64,000 nucleotides of DNA from NCBI RefSeq assembly GCF_020745735.1, contig NC_083434.1, positions 38,871,966-38,935,965 of the forward strand, given 5' to 3'. Origin of the DNA: Hemiscyllium ocellatum. Taxonomy: Eukaryota. The position numbers and the translations under genes are program-made. This document shows positions 27,901-38,133 of this stretch, one piece after another. Positions within the stretch are counted from its first letter, which is position 1. Each line of letters opens with the position of its first letter. Below the pieces are notes generated by a model that was not told where the DNA came from, searched no databases, and worked only from the letters and a program-made list of their open reading frames with translations.

Positions 27901-30900
27901 TTACTGATTGCATATAAAATTGGTATTGAAATACAGCTATTATCTTCATGTTTAAGCTATGTAATTAAAACTGTATTACAACCAACTTCTAAAGAAACAT
28001 TTGATTTAAAAATAGACTTTTCAAAAGATTACTCATTCAACGGATAGCAGTTTTTTTTAAACCTAGGTGCTCTGTGGAAGGTATTGTGTAGGGACTGATT
28101 TCCACTAGTTCCTATAGCTTTTTTCAAAACAAAATTCTACCTTTAAAAAGGTAAATGATGAGGATAATTAATGAGGATTTGTTTGAAAGATTTTGAGAAT
28201 GGAAGTGAATGGTCTTCTGTCTATTTAAAAGCCTTTGAATGGTCAGGTAATACAAGACAACATAAAGGCGTGCAGGTAAGTACCACAAGAAGGAATCAAT
28301 TGAGGTGTTCAAGAGGGTATTGGATGATTATTTGGATAGAAATGGTGTGCACAGATATGGGGCAAAAGCTGGAAATTGGGATGAGGGAAAAGAATCATGC
28401 AGGCATGCTGGGCTGAATGGCCACTTACTGCACCATAACAGTTGTGTGAAAATTGAATGAGCAGATGTGCTTGTTCCATCTTTCAGTGAGATTAATGTCA
28501 GCTGCAATGTTGAGTTGATCTGTCACTTTGTTATTAACCCCTTGTTGTTTTTATCAGGCCTCTGCCAAAACCAATCCAATTACAAGTTGATTAAAGACCA
28601 TTGCACAGTGTATCTGTTACGTAGAATGCGACCTCTATGAACAGAGGTGATATAAGTGTGCCTGCCCATTAGTATCAGGAAACATTAGGAACATTTTCAA
28701 GCCTGTGTCACACACATGAAAAACCACTCAGAACCCAGCTTTACACTTTACTAACACTGCTTCACTTAGCAACACTTGTTGACCAAAGACATTTCCATGC
28801 CAGCATTTAATTTTCAGTGCTGAAGACACTTAGGAAGATTTAAGTTCTAAAATTCCTTTACCCAGAAAAGGCTGCATCGAAACGGTCTTGCCCTAATCGG
28901 AAGTATGTTTCCTAGTATTTTTGTCAAAATATTTTGTGTTAAGAGATTGCCATGTTTTCTGCTGACATAGTTTGATACACAGCATAATATTTACAGAACA
29001 AATCATCTGTATTGATTGTGTTGTGCATTAAAGTGAGAGATACTACTCAGTATGACAGCAGGGAAGAGGCCCAGGTTTCTTGAAACGTTCAGCTGTCAGC
29101 ACTGAAGTACCAGATAGTCATTGCTGCATCGGAACTGTCAGCCCCAAATTTCAGTCGGTGTTCCCACTGGAGGTCATTATCCACGGTACTTGCCAAATTG
29201 CATTAGGTCATCAGAGATAGCAACAGGGATAGACCACGTAGCCTGCTTCGTTATTCAATAAGATCATGGCTTCCAAACCCTGACTACCTTACTACCCAAG
29301 CCTATTCATTAACTGAGCAACTGGAACCCTCTGAGCTATAGAATTCCCAAGATGCACAATCCTGTGAGTGAAGACCTTTCTCTTCATCTTTGTCCACAAC
29401 AGCCACCCACTTAACCTGAGGTTGTGACCCTTTCTTTTAGACTCTCCAGCTAGAGGGGGCAGCCACTCCATATTGCGTTAAACCTATCGCTGATGTTGCT
29501 TGCTTTCCATAGATCGGACACAGGCATGTAGTTGATGCCACTTCGCAGGAGGAAGCGTGCTGCATGGCCAGCCTGTTGGTTTCTGTCACCAGCAAAGGGA
29601 CCAGCACTTGCTTCAGGAAAGTTGGAGGAGGCAGTTTGGATCCAGAAAGTATCTTTGAAATGTTAGAGGTATGAATCAAGGCGTTAATTAAATGCTTGGG
29701 TTTGGGGTCAGTCGCCTTTACTTTCATCCTGTTGTTTTTTGTTTTGGGCTTTGACATTGCAATCAAAATCCTGCTGTGCAGTTTGATTGTTGGCAGTTAA
29801 TTAAGCTTTGTTTGAGCATAAAGGCGAACAACATCACTCCTATTGGCTTCCACTATATCACCAATTGTCATCTCCTATATGAAAGGGTGATTTGGTTGAC
29901 CATCGGGATAGCTCAATTATTTGCTACGTGGTGTGCAAGTATATTACAGGTAGAAATGTCTGCACATACCCCTCCCTCTCCCTTCTCTGTGAAAGTAGTT
30001 CACTCACATTTGATGGTTCTTTTTGACCCAGTGTGGATCATGGAACACCAGCTCAATGATGGTCTTCACACTTGAACGGGCTGACTGATGGAAATGTGCA
30101 GCTCCAGCCAAAATCCATTGTCAGAGGAAGACTATCTATGGGTGTTGTAGAGGGTCGAATGTAATTATTTCTGCTATTGCTTCTTCCACTGAACTGAGCC
30201 CTCCCCCTGTGCTCCCATCCTCCCCAGTTAGTGTTTCAAATGTTTACCTGTTTCTCTTCGACAAATCTCAAATCTAACATGGTGGGTGAAAAGTGAATCA
30301 CAATGTGCTGCTCATGTGCAGTAACTGTTAGCAATGCAGGGCAGCCTTTTGTTTCTGTCACTGATTGAGTAACAGCATTGGTCATGATGGTTCAAGGAGA
30401 AAGTGAGGACTGCAGATGCTGGAGATCAGAGCTGAAAATGTGTTGCTGGAAAAGCGCAGCAGGTCAGGCAGCATCCAAGGAACAGGAAATTCGACGTTTC
30501 GGGCATAAGCCCTTCATCAGGAATGAGGAAAGTGTGTCCAGCAGGCTAAGATAAAAGGTAGGGAGGAGGGACTTGGGGGAGGGCGATGGAGATGTGATAG
30601 GTGGAAGGAGGTCAAGGTGAGGGTGATAGGCCGGAGTGGGGTGGGGGGGCGGAGAGGTCAGGAAGAAGATTGCAGGTTAGGAAGGCGGTGCTGAGTTTGA
30701 GGGATTCGACTGAGACAAGGTGGGGGGGAGGGGAAATGAGGAAACTAGAGAAATCTGAGTTCATCCCTTGTGGTTGGAGGGTTCCCAAGCGGAAGATGAG
30801 GTGCTCTTCCTCCAATCGTCGTGTTGTTATGGTCTGGCGATGGAGGAGTCCAAGGACCTGCATGTCCTCGGTGGAGTGGGAGGGGAGTTAAAAGTGTTGA

Positions 30901-33596
30901 GCCACGGGGTGGTTGGGTTGGTTGGTCCAGGTGTCCCAGAGGTGTTCTCTGAAACGTTCCGCAAGTAGGCGGCCTGTCTCCCCAATATAGAGGTGGCCAC
31001 ATCGGGTGCAGCGGATGCAATAGCTGATGTGTGTGGAGGTGCAGGTGAATTTGTGGCGGATCCCTTGGGGCCTTGGAGAGAAGTAAGGGAGGAGGTGTGG
31101 GCGCAAGTTTTGCATTTCTTCCGGTTGCAGGGGAAGATGCCGGGAGTGGAGGTTGGGTTGGTGGGGGGTGTGGACCTGACGAGGGAGTCACGGAGGGAGT
31201 GGTCCTTTTGGAACACTGATAGGGGAGGGGAGGGAAATATATCCCTGGTGGTGGGGTCCGTTTGGAGGTGGCGGAAATGACGGCGGATGATACGCTGTAT
31301 ATGCAGGTTGGTGGGGTGGTAGGTGAGAACCAGTGGGGTTCTGTCCTGGTGGCGGTTGGAGGGGCGGGGCTCAAGGGCGGAGGAGCGGGAAGTGGAGGAG
31401 ATGCGGTGGAGGGCATCGTCGATCACGTCTGGGGGGAATCTGCGGTCCTTGAAGAAGGAGGCCATCTGGGCTGTACGGTATTGGAACTGGTCCTCCTGGG
31501 AGCAGGTGCAGTGGAGACGAAGGAATTGGGAATATGGGATGGAGTTTTTACAGGGGGCAGGGTGGGAGGAGGTGTAGTCCAGGTAGCTGTGGGAATCAGT
31601 CAGTTTATAGTAGATGTCTGTGTTGATTCGGTCGCTCGAGATAGAAATGGAAAGGTCTAGGAAGGGGAGGGAGGAGTCTGAGACGGTCGGGGTGGAAGGT
31701 GTTGGTAAAATGGATGAACTGTTCAACCTCCTCGTGGTAGCACGAGGCAGCACAGATACAGTCATCAATGTAGCAGAGGAAAAGGTGGGGGGTGGTGCCA
31801 GTGTAGTTGCAGAAGATGGACTGTTCCACATATCCTACGAAGAGACAGGCATAGCTGGGGCCCATGCGGGTGTCCACGGCAACTCCTTTAGTTTGGAGGA
31901 AGTGGGAGGATTGGAAAGAGAAGTTGCTCAGGGTGAGGACCAGTTCAGTCAGTCAATGGAGGGTGTCAGTGGAAGGGTACTGGTTGGTACGGCGGGAAAG
32001 GAAGAAGCGGAGGGCTTTGAGTCCTTCGTGATGGGGGATGGAGGTGTACAGGGACTGGATGTCCATCGTGAAGATAAGGCGTTGGGGACCAGGGAAGCGA
32101 AAATCATGGAGGAGGTGGAGGGCGTGGTTGGTGTCCCGAACGTAGGTGGGGAGTTCTTGGACTAAGGGGGACAGGACCACGTCGAGGTATGCAGAGATGA
32201 GTTCAGTGGGGCAGGAGCAGGCTGAGACTCCTTCCACCTATCACATCTCCATCGGCCCTCCCCCAAGTCCCTCCTCCCTACCTTTTACCTTAGCCAGCTG
32301 GACACACTTTCCTCATTCCTGATGAAGGGCTTATGCCTGAAACGTCGAATTTCCTGTTCCTTGGATGCTGCCTGACCTGCTGCGCTTTTCCAGCAACACA
32401 TTTTCAGCTCTGATCTCCATGATGGTGTACAAATAGAGCATGCATTCTGCTGCCTCTGCTTACAATGTTCATAGTGGTAATGGTGGAATTGCCATTCCAC
32501 CTAGCAGCTGAAGACATCCAGTTGTTTTTTTGTTTTAACTTGTAAGCTCAGTTTGCCAGTTCTTGTGTCCAGAATGTTCATTCTTTTCAGTGTCACTTTG
32601 ATTTGGATACTCTCATCAAGTTGCCAACATAATTTGGTTTCCGACATAATTTACAAATTAATATAGCTGTCCAACTCAATGTTTTCACTGTTGAAATAAT
32701 AATCACCTGCACAGTTTAAAAAGACCTCCCCCCTGACCCCCGCTCCAAATTAATAATTTTAAGCTTCCTAATCCAGACTGCTAGTGTGTTTGAACTGTGA
32801 AGTAAATGCATGCTTTTAATGGAGTGAAAGCAACTGAGAAGTGGAGATTACAGATTCCCATCATTCTACTCTATTAAGATGCTACGATGTGAATTAAACC
32901 CTCCTACACTCTATTTGAATATTGGATATTGGAACTATTACTAACAAAATGCTATTGTACAAAAGCTGCATTAGGTTATTGCTTGAACAATACTTGAGGG
33001 TAAAGCACTATCAAGTGATATTACAGAAAATTTGATCTGTTTAATGGTGGAGGTTTGTGCTTGTGGTGAGACCATGCAGTTGGTGGTGGGGTTAGAGAAA
33101 TCACGGGGAAAAGGAGCCTCATTGAGGTTAAAGAGGTTGAGCTTGAGGGATTCTGTGCACAGTCTCTAATGGAATTTCTCTTTCTTGATATTTCTCTGTT
33201 GACTTAACTTGACCGATGAGTCAACATCCTGTAATGTGAGATTTATAATTGTGTCGAAGGACTAAGGAAGTGGGTTTTCAAATAGGCTATGGAACTTTCA
33301 ATGCCAAGATGGAAAATCACTCTTAACTTTTTTTTATTAATCTAGGTTATATTTAAGTTAATCTTTCCTTGTGCTTTGTTTCCCCCTGCTCTCCCTCTTC
33401 ACCCTTTTCCCCCCCCACCCCTCTATCTCTCTCTGCCCCCTCCCTCTCCCACCTATTACGCTCCCCTTCTTTCCTAAACTCCCCCTCTCAGACAGGAAAC
33501 CGAGTTGGAAATGCATTGCATATATCTTTACAAACCGCTTTGGAGAAAGAAGAAAGTTTAGGAAAGAAACGTCAAAAAGTTGGATTTCTTGGTTGA
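6896..33596 (+). CDS. EXOSC7: Exosome complex component RRP42, 8 exons, 291 aa: join(6896..6952,16661..16762,21752..21846,23484..23649,25785..25855,27714..27837,29513..29668,33492..33596)
   Basis: Exon lengths 57+102+95+166+71+124+156+105 = 876 nt, all introns GT-AG, continuous frame. RNase PH-like motifs DLRIDGR, SGSARV, CWILYVDVL, GGNLFDAISLA; C-terminus QKVGFLG. Confidence 0.97.
7431..8940 (+). mobile_element. Penelope-like element (Neptune type), 5'-truncated, with uninterrupted RT C-half + GIY-YIG ORF (7467..8711) and 3' pLTR
   Basis: GVAMGTRMGPSYA, RYIDD, FLDL, YYKPT, Cys linker CNRRKCKTC, IIYCIRC..YIGET (GIY-YIG). CTCTTTT is repeated at both junctions (7424-7430, 8939-8945). Confidence 0.93.
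8845..8880 (+). ncRNA. Minimal type I hammerhead ribozyme motif in the PLE pLTR
   Basis: ATTC-CTGATGA-A-GGGC-TTAT-GCTC-GAAA-CGTC^GAAT: stem I ATTC/GAAT, stem II, palindromic ACGT stem III, GUC cleavage triplet. Confidence 0.85.
9083..9392 (-). mobile_element. tRNA-derived SINE (HE1/V-SINE-like)
   Basis: A box TGGCACAGTGG, B box GGTTCAATTCC, central GTGTGGAGTTT..CTCCCCGTGTCTGCGTGGGTTTCC block, (AATCT)n tail. Confidence 0.85.
12010..12223. mobile_element. Palindromic PLE-pLTR mini-element A
   Basis: Two head-to-head pLTR arms with hammerhead motifs at the centre; 16-bp TSD TTAAAAGGGAGAAGAA (11994-12009 / 12224-12239). Confidence 0.85.
12300..12895 (+). mobile_element. Neptune-type PLE 3' fragment with pLTR and mutated hammerhead (12766-12800)
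   Basis: FREHLWDTRTNQ..PVAQHFN; CTGATGA-GGGC-TTTT-GCCC-AAAA-CGTC. Confidence 0.85.
13220..13705 (-). mobile_element. Second PLE family (Poseidon/Penelope-like) 3' fragment
   Basis: GIY-YIG C-terminal-like HHFD..ILGEAKQRHTREFLEVWHS..IN.HI.LD.IY followed by a hammerhead motif. Confidence 0.7.
13282..13321 (-). ncRNA. Hammerhead ribozyme motif, long stem II family
   Basis: Minus strand CA-CTGAAGA-G-GTTACC-TAGTAG-GGTAAC-GAAA-TGTC-AGG. Confidence 0.7.
13720..14842 (+). mobile_element. CR1 LINE fragment (different subfamily)
   Basis: KSPGLDGIHPRVLKE, NYAPVSLTSV, YLDFQKALDKVPH. Confidence 0.88.
15366..15575. mobile_element. Older, decayed palindromic PLE-pLTR mini-element
   Basis: GGAAAAGCACAGCAAGTTAGGCAGCATC ... 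GATGCTGCCTAACCTGTTGTGCTTTTCC inverted arms. Confidence 0.7.
15710..15993 (-). mobile_element. tRNA-derived SINE (HE1/V-SINE-like)
   Basis: Near-identical to 9083-9392. Confidence 0.85.
16661..16762 (+). CDS. EXOSC7: EXOSC7 exon 2 (DDLRIDGRGCEDYR...SGSARVKI)
   Basis: TTCTTCAG acceptor, GTAAGT donor, in frame. Confidence 0.95.
16919..18123 (-). mobile_element. CR1 LINE 3' part, decayed
   Basis: RDSQHSFVKGKS, GVLQGSV, LDYHVQFW. Confidence 0.88.
21752..21846 (+). CDS. EXOSC7: EXOSC7 exon 3 (GHTDILVGVKAEMGTPKLERPYEGFLEFFVDC)
   Basis: TTTTTCACAG acceptor, GTAAGA donor. Confidence 0.95.
23105..23226 (+). mobile_element. Third PLE-like pLTR family with hammerhead motif (23110-23144)
   Basis: CAC-CTGATGA...GAAA-GCTA-GTG followed by CCAAATAAACCTGTTGGACTATA; related copies at 47370-47450, 54538-54865 and 61423-61473. 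Confidence 0.7.
23484..23649 (+). CDS. EXOSC7: EXOSC7 exon 4 (SANATPEFEGRGG...CWILYVDVL)
   Basis: TAG acceptor, GTAGGT donor; contained in ORF 23467..23721. Confidence 0.95.
24372..25015 (+). mobile_element. Old CR1/L2-group LINE 3' fragment
   Basis: RSVMVY..AW....TLKKL..IQNKA; related copies at ~41940-42360 (+) and ~62285-62755 (-). Confidence 0.6.
25785..25855 (+). CDS. EXOSC7: EXOSC7 exon 5 (LLECGGNLFDAISLAVKAALHNTR)
   Basis: TTTTTCAG acceptor, GTAAGA donor. Confidence 0.95.
27714..27837 (+). CDS. EXOSC7: EXOSC7 exon 6 (IPKVRVLEDDEGAKEIELSDDPYDC...VTLSK)
   Basis: Long pyrimidine tract + AAG acceptor, GTAAGA donor. Confidence 0.95.
29513..29668 (+). CDS. EXOSC7: EXOSC7 exon 7 (IGHRHVVDATSQEEAC...SLDPESIFEMLE)
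   Basis: TTTCCATAG acceptor, GTATGA donor. Confidence 0.95.
30489..30524 (-). ncRNA. Minimal type I hammerhead ribozyme motif (all core residues and stems intact)
   Basis: ATTC-CTGATGA-A-GGGC-TTAT-GCCC-GAAA-CGTC^GAAT on the minus strand. Confidence 0.87.
32315..32350 (+). ncRNA. Minimal type I hammerhead ribozyme motif
   Basis: ATTC-CTGATGA-A-GGGC-TTAT-GCCT-GAAA-CGTC^GAAT. Confidence 0.83.
33492..33596 (+). CDS. EXOSC7: EXOSC7 exon 8 (TGNRVG...RQKVGFLG*)
   Basis: Long C/T tract + CAG acceptor; TGA stop at 33594-33596. Confidence 0.95.
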   Translation, partial: TGNRVGNALHISLQTALEKEESLGKKRQKVGFLG

Positions 33597-33619
33597 CTTC
33601 TGCACTGTACTTTTTTTCT

Positions 33620-33625
33620 AATAAA
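33620..33625 (+). terminator. EXOSC7 polyadenylation signal
   Basis: AATAAA 23 nt after the stop codon, with T/GT-rich sequence downstream. Confidence 0.7.
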
Positions 33626-34386
33626 AGATTATTTAAAACGTTTGTGCAGCTGAAGAGAATTTACTGTATTTAATTTGGGAAGTTTATACTTTTCCCAACA
33701 ATTAATTGTACATTATAAAAATTGCAACTTGTGTGTATTTGATATACTACTTTGGAGGCATATTACCTGCATGATTGGGAAGTGTTATATATACTTGCCT
33801 CATGCTGAAAAAGGCATCTTGCTTTTGAAACAAGGTTAGACTAATTGACTGTCAGGAGCAGTCACAGTGTCAGCATGATATTACTTCCTACTGTTGTCCC
33901 TGTGGACTGCAATTTATCCATCTAAAGGATATTCTTCATTTTAGAATCTCTGACTCAAGCATGTGTTGAAAATCCACAAAAGATTTTCATTATCTTGGTT
34001 AGTACCAGTTTCTTAAGCTGAGTCCTTGTGTTCTAATTGACACTGACACTCAATCAATACTCATTTCTGTGACTAATTGATTTGCCCTCCTAGCGCCCAG
34101 TGAGAATCCTCTTTGCATATTGAAGTTTACATCTGATGTTTGTGGAGAGTGGCAGATAAATCAAGGTATTTTGTATTCTTCATTGTACTCAACAAACTGC
34201 CTAAATTATGCAAGTTTTATTGATATCTATCTCTAATGACTCTTTAGCCCTTTCTCTCTTTCCTCCCACCCTCATTCCCTCTCCTGCTCATTTACCCCTC
34301 TCAATTTTGGCTGCTCACACCCATATCTCTCATACCCCTTTCTCACTCTCATCCTGCTTCCTTCCTTGCGTATGCATACCTCCTCA

Positions 34387-35225
34387 GGGCGTGGACCTGA
34401 CGATGGAGTCACCGAGGGAATGGTCTTTCTAGAAAGTGGATAGGGGTGGGGAGGGTAATATATCTCTGGTTCATGGTCCCCACCAACCAACTTTCCCCTC
34501 CCACCATCTTCCCTCGCCACCGCAGGAATTGCAAAACCTGTGTCTGCACCTCCCACCTCACCATGTCCAAGGCCCAAAGGAGCCTTGCATATCCCTAAGA
34601 GTTTTACCTGCACTTCCACACGTGTCATTTACTGTATCTGTTGCTCCTGAAGTGGTTTCCTCACATTGGAGAGATAAGGCGCCTACTTGCAGAGTGCTTC
34701 AGAGAACATCTCCGGGACACCCGCACCAACCAACCCCACGCCCGAACACTTCAATTCCTCCTCCCACTCCATCAGAGACATGCAGGTCCTACGCATCCTC
34801 CATCACCACTCCCTTACCACCTGATGCCTGGAGGAAGAACGTCTCAGCTTCTGCCTTCATTGCATCAATGTGGATTTTCCCAGTTTCCTCATTCCTCCAA
34901 TATCCCCACCTTATCCCAGTTCCAACCTTCCAGCTCAGCACGGCCCTCGTGACCTGTCCATCTTCCTTCCCACCTATCCGTTCCACCTTCCTCTGACCCA
35001 TCACCATCACCCCCACCTCAATGCACCTATCGCACTCTCCGCTACCTTCCCCCACCCCCCTCGTTTCTCTCTTCACCCTCTCGACTGACAGCCTCATTCC
35101 TGATGAAGGGCTTTTGCTCGAAACATTGATTTTCCTGCTCCCAGGATGCTGCCTGACCTGCTGTGCTTTTCCAGCACCACACTCTCGACTCTAATCTCCA
35201 GCATCTGCAGTCCTCACTTTCGCCT
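34387..35225 (+). mobile_element. Decayed Neptune-type PLE 3' part with 5' inversion and pLTR (hammerhead at 35096-35130)
   Basis: HIGEIRRLLAECFREHLRDTRTNQP; tail GCATCTGCAGTCCTCACTTTCGCC; 34387-34470 is in the opposite orientation. Confidence 0.83.
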
Positions 35226-36215
35226 ATCTGGCCTTAGGGATCTCGTATCAGATTTTAGTTCCATAAATTTCTCCACTGTCCTTTTTTTTAATGCAAACTA
35301 ATTTCCTTTAATTCCTCCTTCTCACTAGACCATTGTTTCCTTCGCATTTCTGCGAAGCTGTTTGTGTCTTCTGTGACGGCCAAACAAAATAGTTGTGTGA
35401 GGACAGGACTGGCAGCTTAATGTTCCAGGATACAAATGCTTCAGGAAAGGAGGCAAGAAAGATGGGGGGAGTGATGTTTTTGATAAGGAATCGCATTACA
35501 GCTGTACTGAGGGAGGATATTCCTGGAAATACAACTCAGGGAAGTTATTTGGGTGAAACTAAGAAATAAGAAAGAGATGATCACCTTATTGGGATTGTAT
35601 TATAGACCCCCTAATAGTCAGTGGGAAATTGAGAAACAGATTTGTAAGGAGGTTTCAGTTATCTGTAAGAATAATAGGGTGGTTATGGTAGGGGATTTTA
35701 ATTTTCCAAATGTAGACTGGGACTGCCAAAGTGTTGTGTGTACAAGAAAATTTTCTGATTCAGTATGTGGATGTACTTGCTAGAGAAGTAGAACTTGACT
35801 TACTGTTGGGAAATAAGGCAGGGCAGGTGACTGAGGTGTCCAATGGGGGACCACTTTGGGGTCAGTGACTATAATTCTATTAGTTTTAAAATAGTGATGG
35901 AAACGGATAGACCAGATCTAAAAGTTGAAGTTCTAAATTGGAGGAAGGCTAATTTTGACGGTATTAGGCGATAACTTTCAAAAGCTGATTAGGGGCAGAT
36001 CTTTGCAGGTAAAGGGACGGCTGGAAAGCGGGAATCCTAGAGAAATGAGAAAACGGGAGTCCAGAGACAGTATATTCCTGTTAGGGTGAAAGGAAAGGCT
36101 GGTAGGTGTAGGGATGACAAAAGAAATTGTTTGGTTAAGAAAAAGAAAGCATATGTCAGGTATAGACAGGATAGATTGAGTGAATCCTTAGAAGAGTATT
36201 AAGGTAGTACGAGTA

Positions 36216-36778
36216 CAGAGGAACCTTAGTTATCCGAACATCAATTATCCAAAGAAGATCTCAAAGTCCCGATAGGAACATTACATCAAAGTGCTGTTTC
36301 AACGCTGATCACGTCTTTTGTTGACAATGTTTAAAAATGAGTCTCTCTCTCTCTCTTACTGTTGGTTCTAGTCCAGCTGCCCTGGAAGTGCAAGGAGTGG
36401 GGGCCTCACAGGGGCAAGGACGCATGGGCTGGGACATGGTTCACGGGGGAAGACGGGGCAAGGGTGGGGGCAGGGGCTCACGCACACTGTGATGCTGGGG
36501 AGCAGACTATGCAAGTGCACGCTGTGTCAATCCTATTAAACTGATTTGGAGGGTGGAGAGTGGGAAGCTTCAGCAATGCTGTAGATCCCTTATACACAAG
36601 TGTGTCCCTGCTCAGAAACAAACCCTGAGACGGAGAGAGGAAACAAGGCAGGCAAAACGAGGAAAAAGGAAACTTCAGAAAACTCCAGAGCCCCAGAGGA
36701 GAGGCATTGAATCAATTAACTGAATAATCAATTATCAGACCCAAATACTGCCGGCCCATTGTGTTCAGATGATTGAGA
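36216..36778. mobile_element. Non-autonomous Tc1/mariner(pogo)-like element, long form, right TIR clipped
   Basis: Begins TA|CAGAGGAACCTTAGTTATCCG; both ends match the 58079-58251 MITE. Confidence 0.65.
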
Positions 36779-37418
36779 GGGACAGCAGGAGGGAAAAAAG
36801 GGGAGGTGAGAGAGCTTTGGCAGAGTAGAGTTAGGGAGAATCCAAAGGGTTTTTACAAATATATGAAGGTCAAAAGGGTAACTGAGGGAAGGAATGGGGC
36901 CCCTCAAAGAGCAGCAAGGTGGCCTTTTTGTGGAGCCACACGAGATGGGGGAGGTACCCCTAAATGAGTATTTAACGTCAGTGTTTAATGTAGAGAAGGG
37001 CATGGAAGAAATGTCATGTAGGGAAATAGATGGTGATAGCTTGAAAAATGACTACATTACAGAGGAGGAGGTGTTCGATGTCTTGAAACGCATAAAGGTG
37101 GATAAATCCCCAGGACCTGATCAAGTGTACTCTAGGGAAGTGATTGCTGTATCACCGATAGTCTCAGATGAGGTGCTGGAAAACTGGAGGTTGGCTAATG
37201 TGATGCCACGATTTAAGAAAGGACAAGCCAGTGAACTATAGACTGGTGAACCTGATGTCAGTGGTGGGCAAACTGTTGGATAATCCTGAGAGACGGGATG
37301 TACGTGTATTTAGAAAAGCAAGGACTGATTAGGGATCGTCAGCATAGCTTTGTGCATGGGAAATCATGTCTTACAAACTTGATTGAGTTTTTTGAAGAAG
37401 TAACAAAGAGGATTGATG

Positions 37419-38133
37419 TGGGAGTCCTCTCCCTTTCTCTCGGATCTGGGGTGGAGGGTGCTGCATGCAGTGGTCCCCTGCAACCGCAGATTGCGGTGGT
37501 TCACGGACTCCCAGCCCAACTACTTGTTCTGTGGTGCTGTGGAGTCTGTGGGCCATGTATACATTGGGTGTGGGCACTTGCACTCCCTTTTTGATTTTCT
37601 AAAAAAACCTTCTCTGTGTTTGGTTGCACTTCAGTCCCACGCTCCTGATCTTCGGGCACCTGGTACAGAGGAGTGAGGGCAGGTCTGAAGACTTCCTTGA
37701 GGGTCTGCTCCTGGGCCTGGCCAAGCAGCGGGCTATGGAGGGGGTCGTTAGGGCCAACTGCCTGCCCCCTTCCACGGTTATGTTAGAGCCCGGGTGTCTC
37801 TGGAGAGGGAGTATGTGGTGTCCACCAACACCCTGGAGTTGTTCAGGGAGAGGTGGGTGACGCAGAGAGTGGAGTGCATTATTTCCCCCTCCAACTCTAT
37901 TTTGATTTAATCCCAGCCCTCCTCTTCACTGTTTGATTACACAGCATTGCCCTTTGATGTGAAGGCGCTGCTTGTCACTGGCCACTCGGGTGTTTCTTCT
38001 CCTCCTGCTGGTGGAAACTGAATAAAGATTTGTGCACCTTGTGTCTTTCACTGTGTCACACAACGTGGGTGCTGCGGAAAAAGTAAGCACTACCGCAGTT
38101 AGGCCGTAGTGTGAGGGTAATTAAGAAAAAAAA
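37419..38133 (+). mobile_element. Tx1/L1-clade LINE 3' end
   Basis: 10-bp TSD AGGATTGATG (37409-37418 / 38134-38143), A-tail, AATAAA at 38021, decayed CCHC-like CGAVESVGHVYIGC and LLIFG..LLLGLAK. Confidence 0.75.

Larger units (their letters stand above)
30395..32419 (-). mobile_element. Neptune-type PLE in EXOSC7 intron 7 with inverted pLTRs (30420-30610 / 32228-32419)
   Basis: Frameshifted RT (IFTMDIQSLYTSIP, YIDD) and GIY-YIG; high identity to 7431-8940; CATGATGGT duplicated at 30383-30391 and 32418-32426. Confidence 0.92.
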
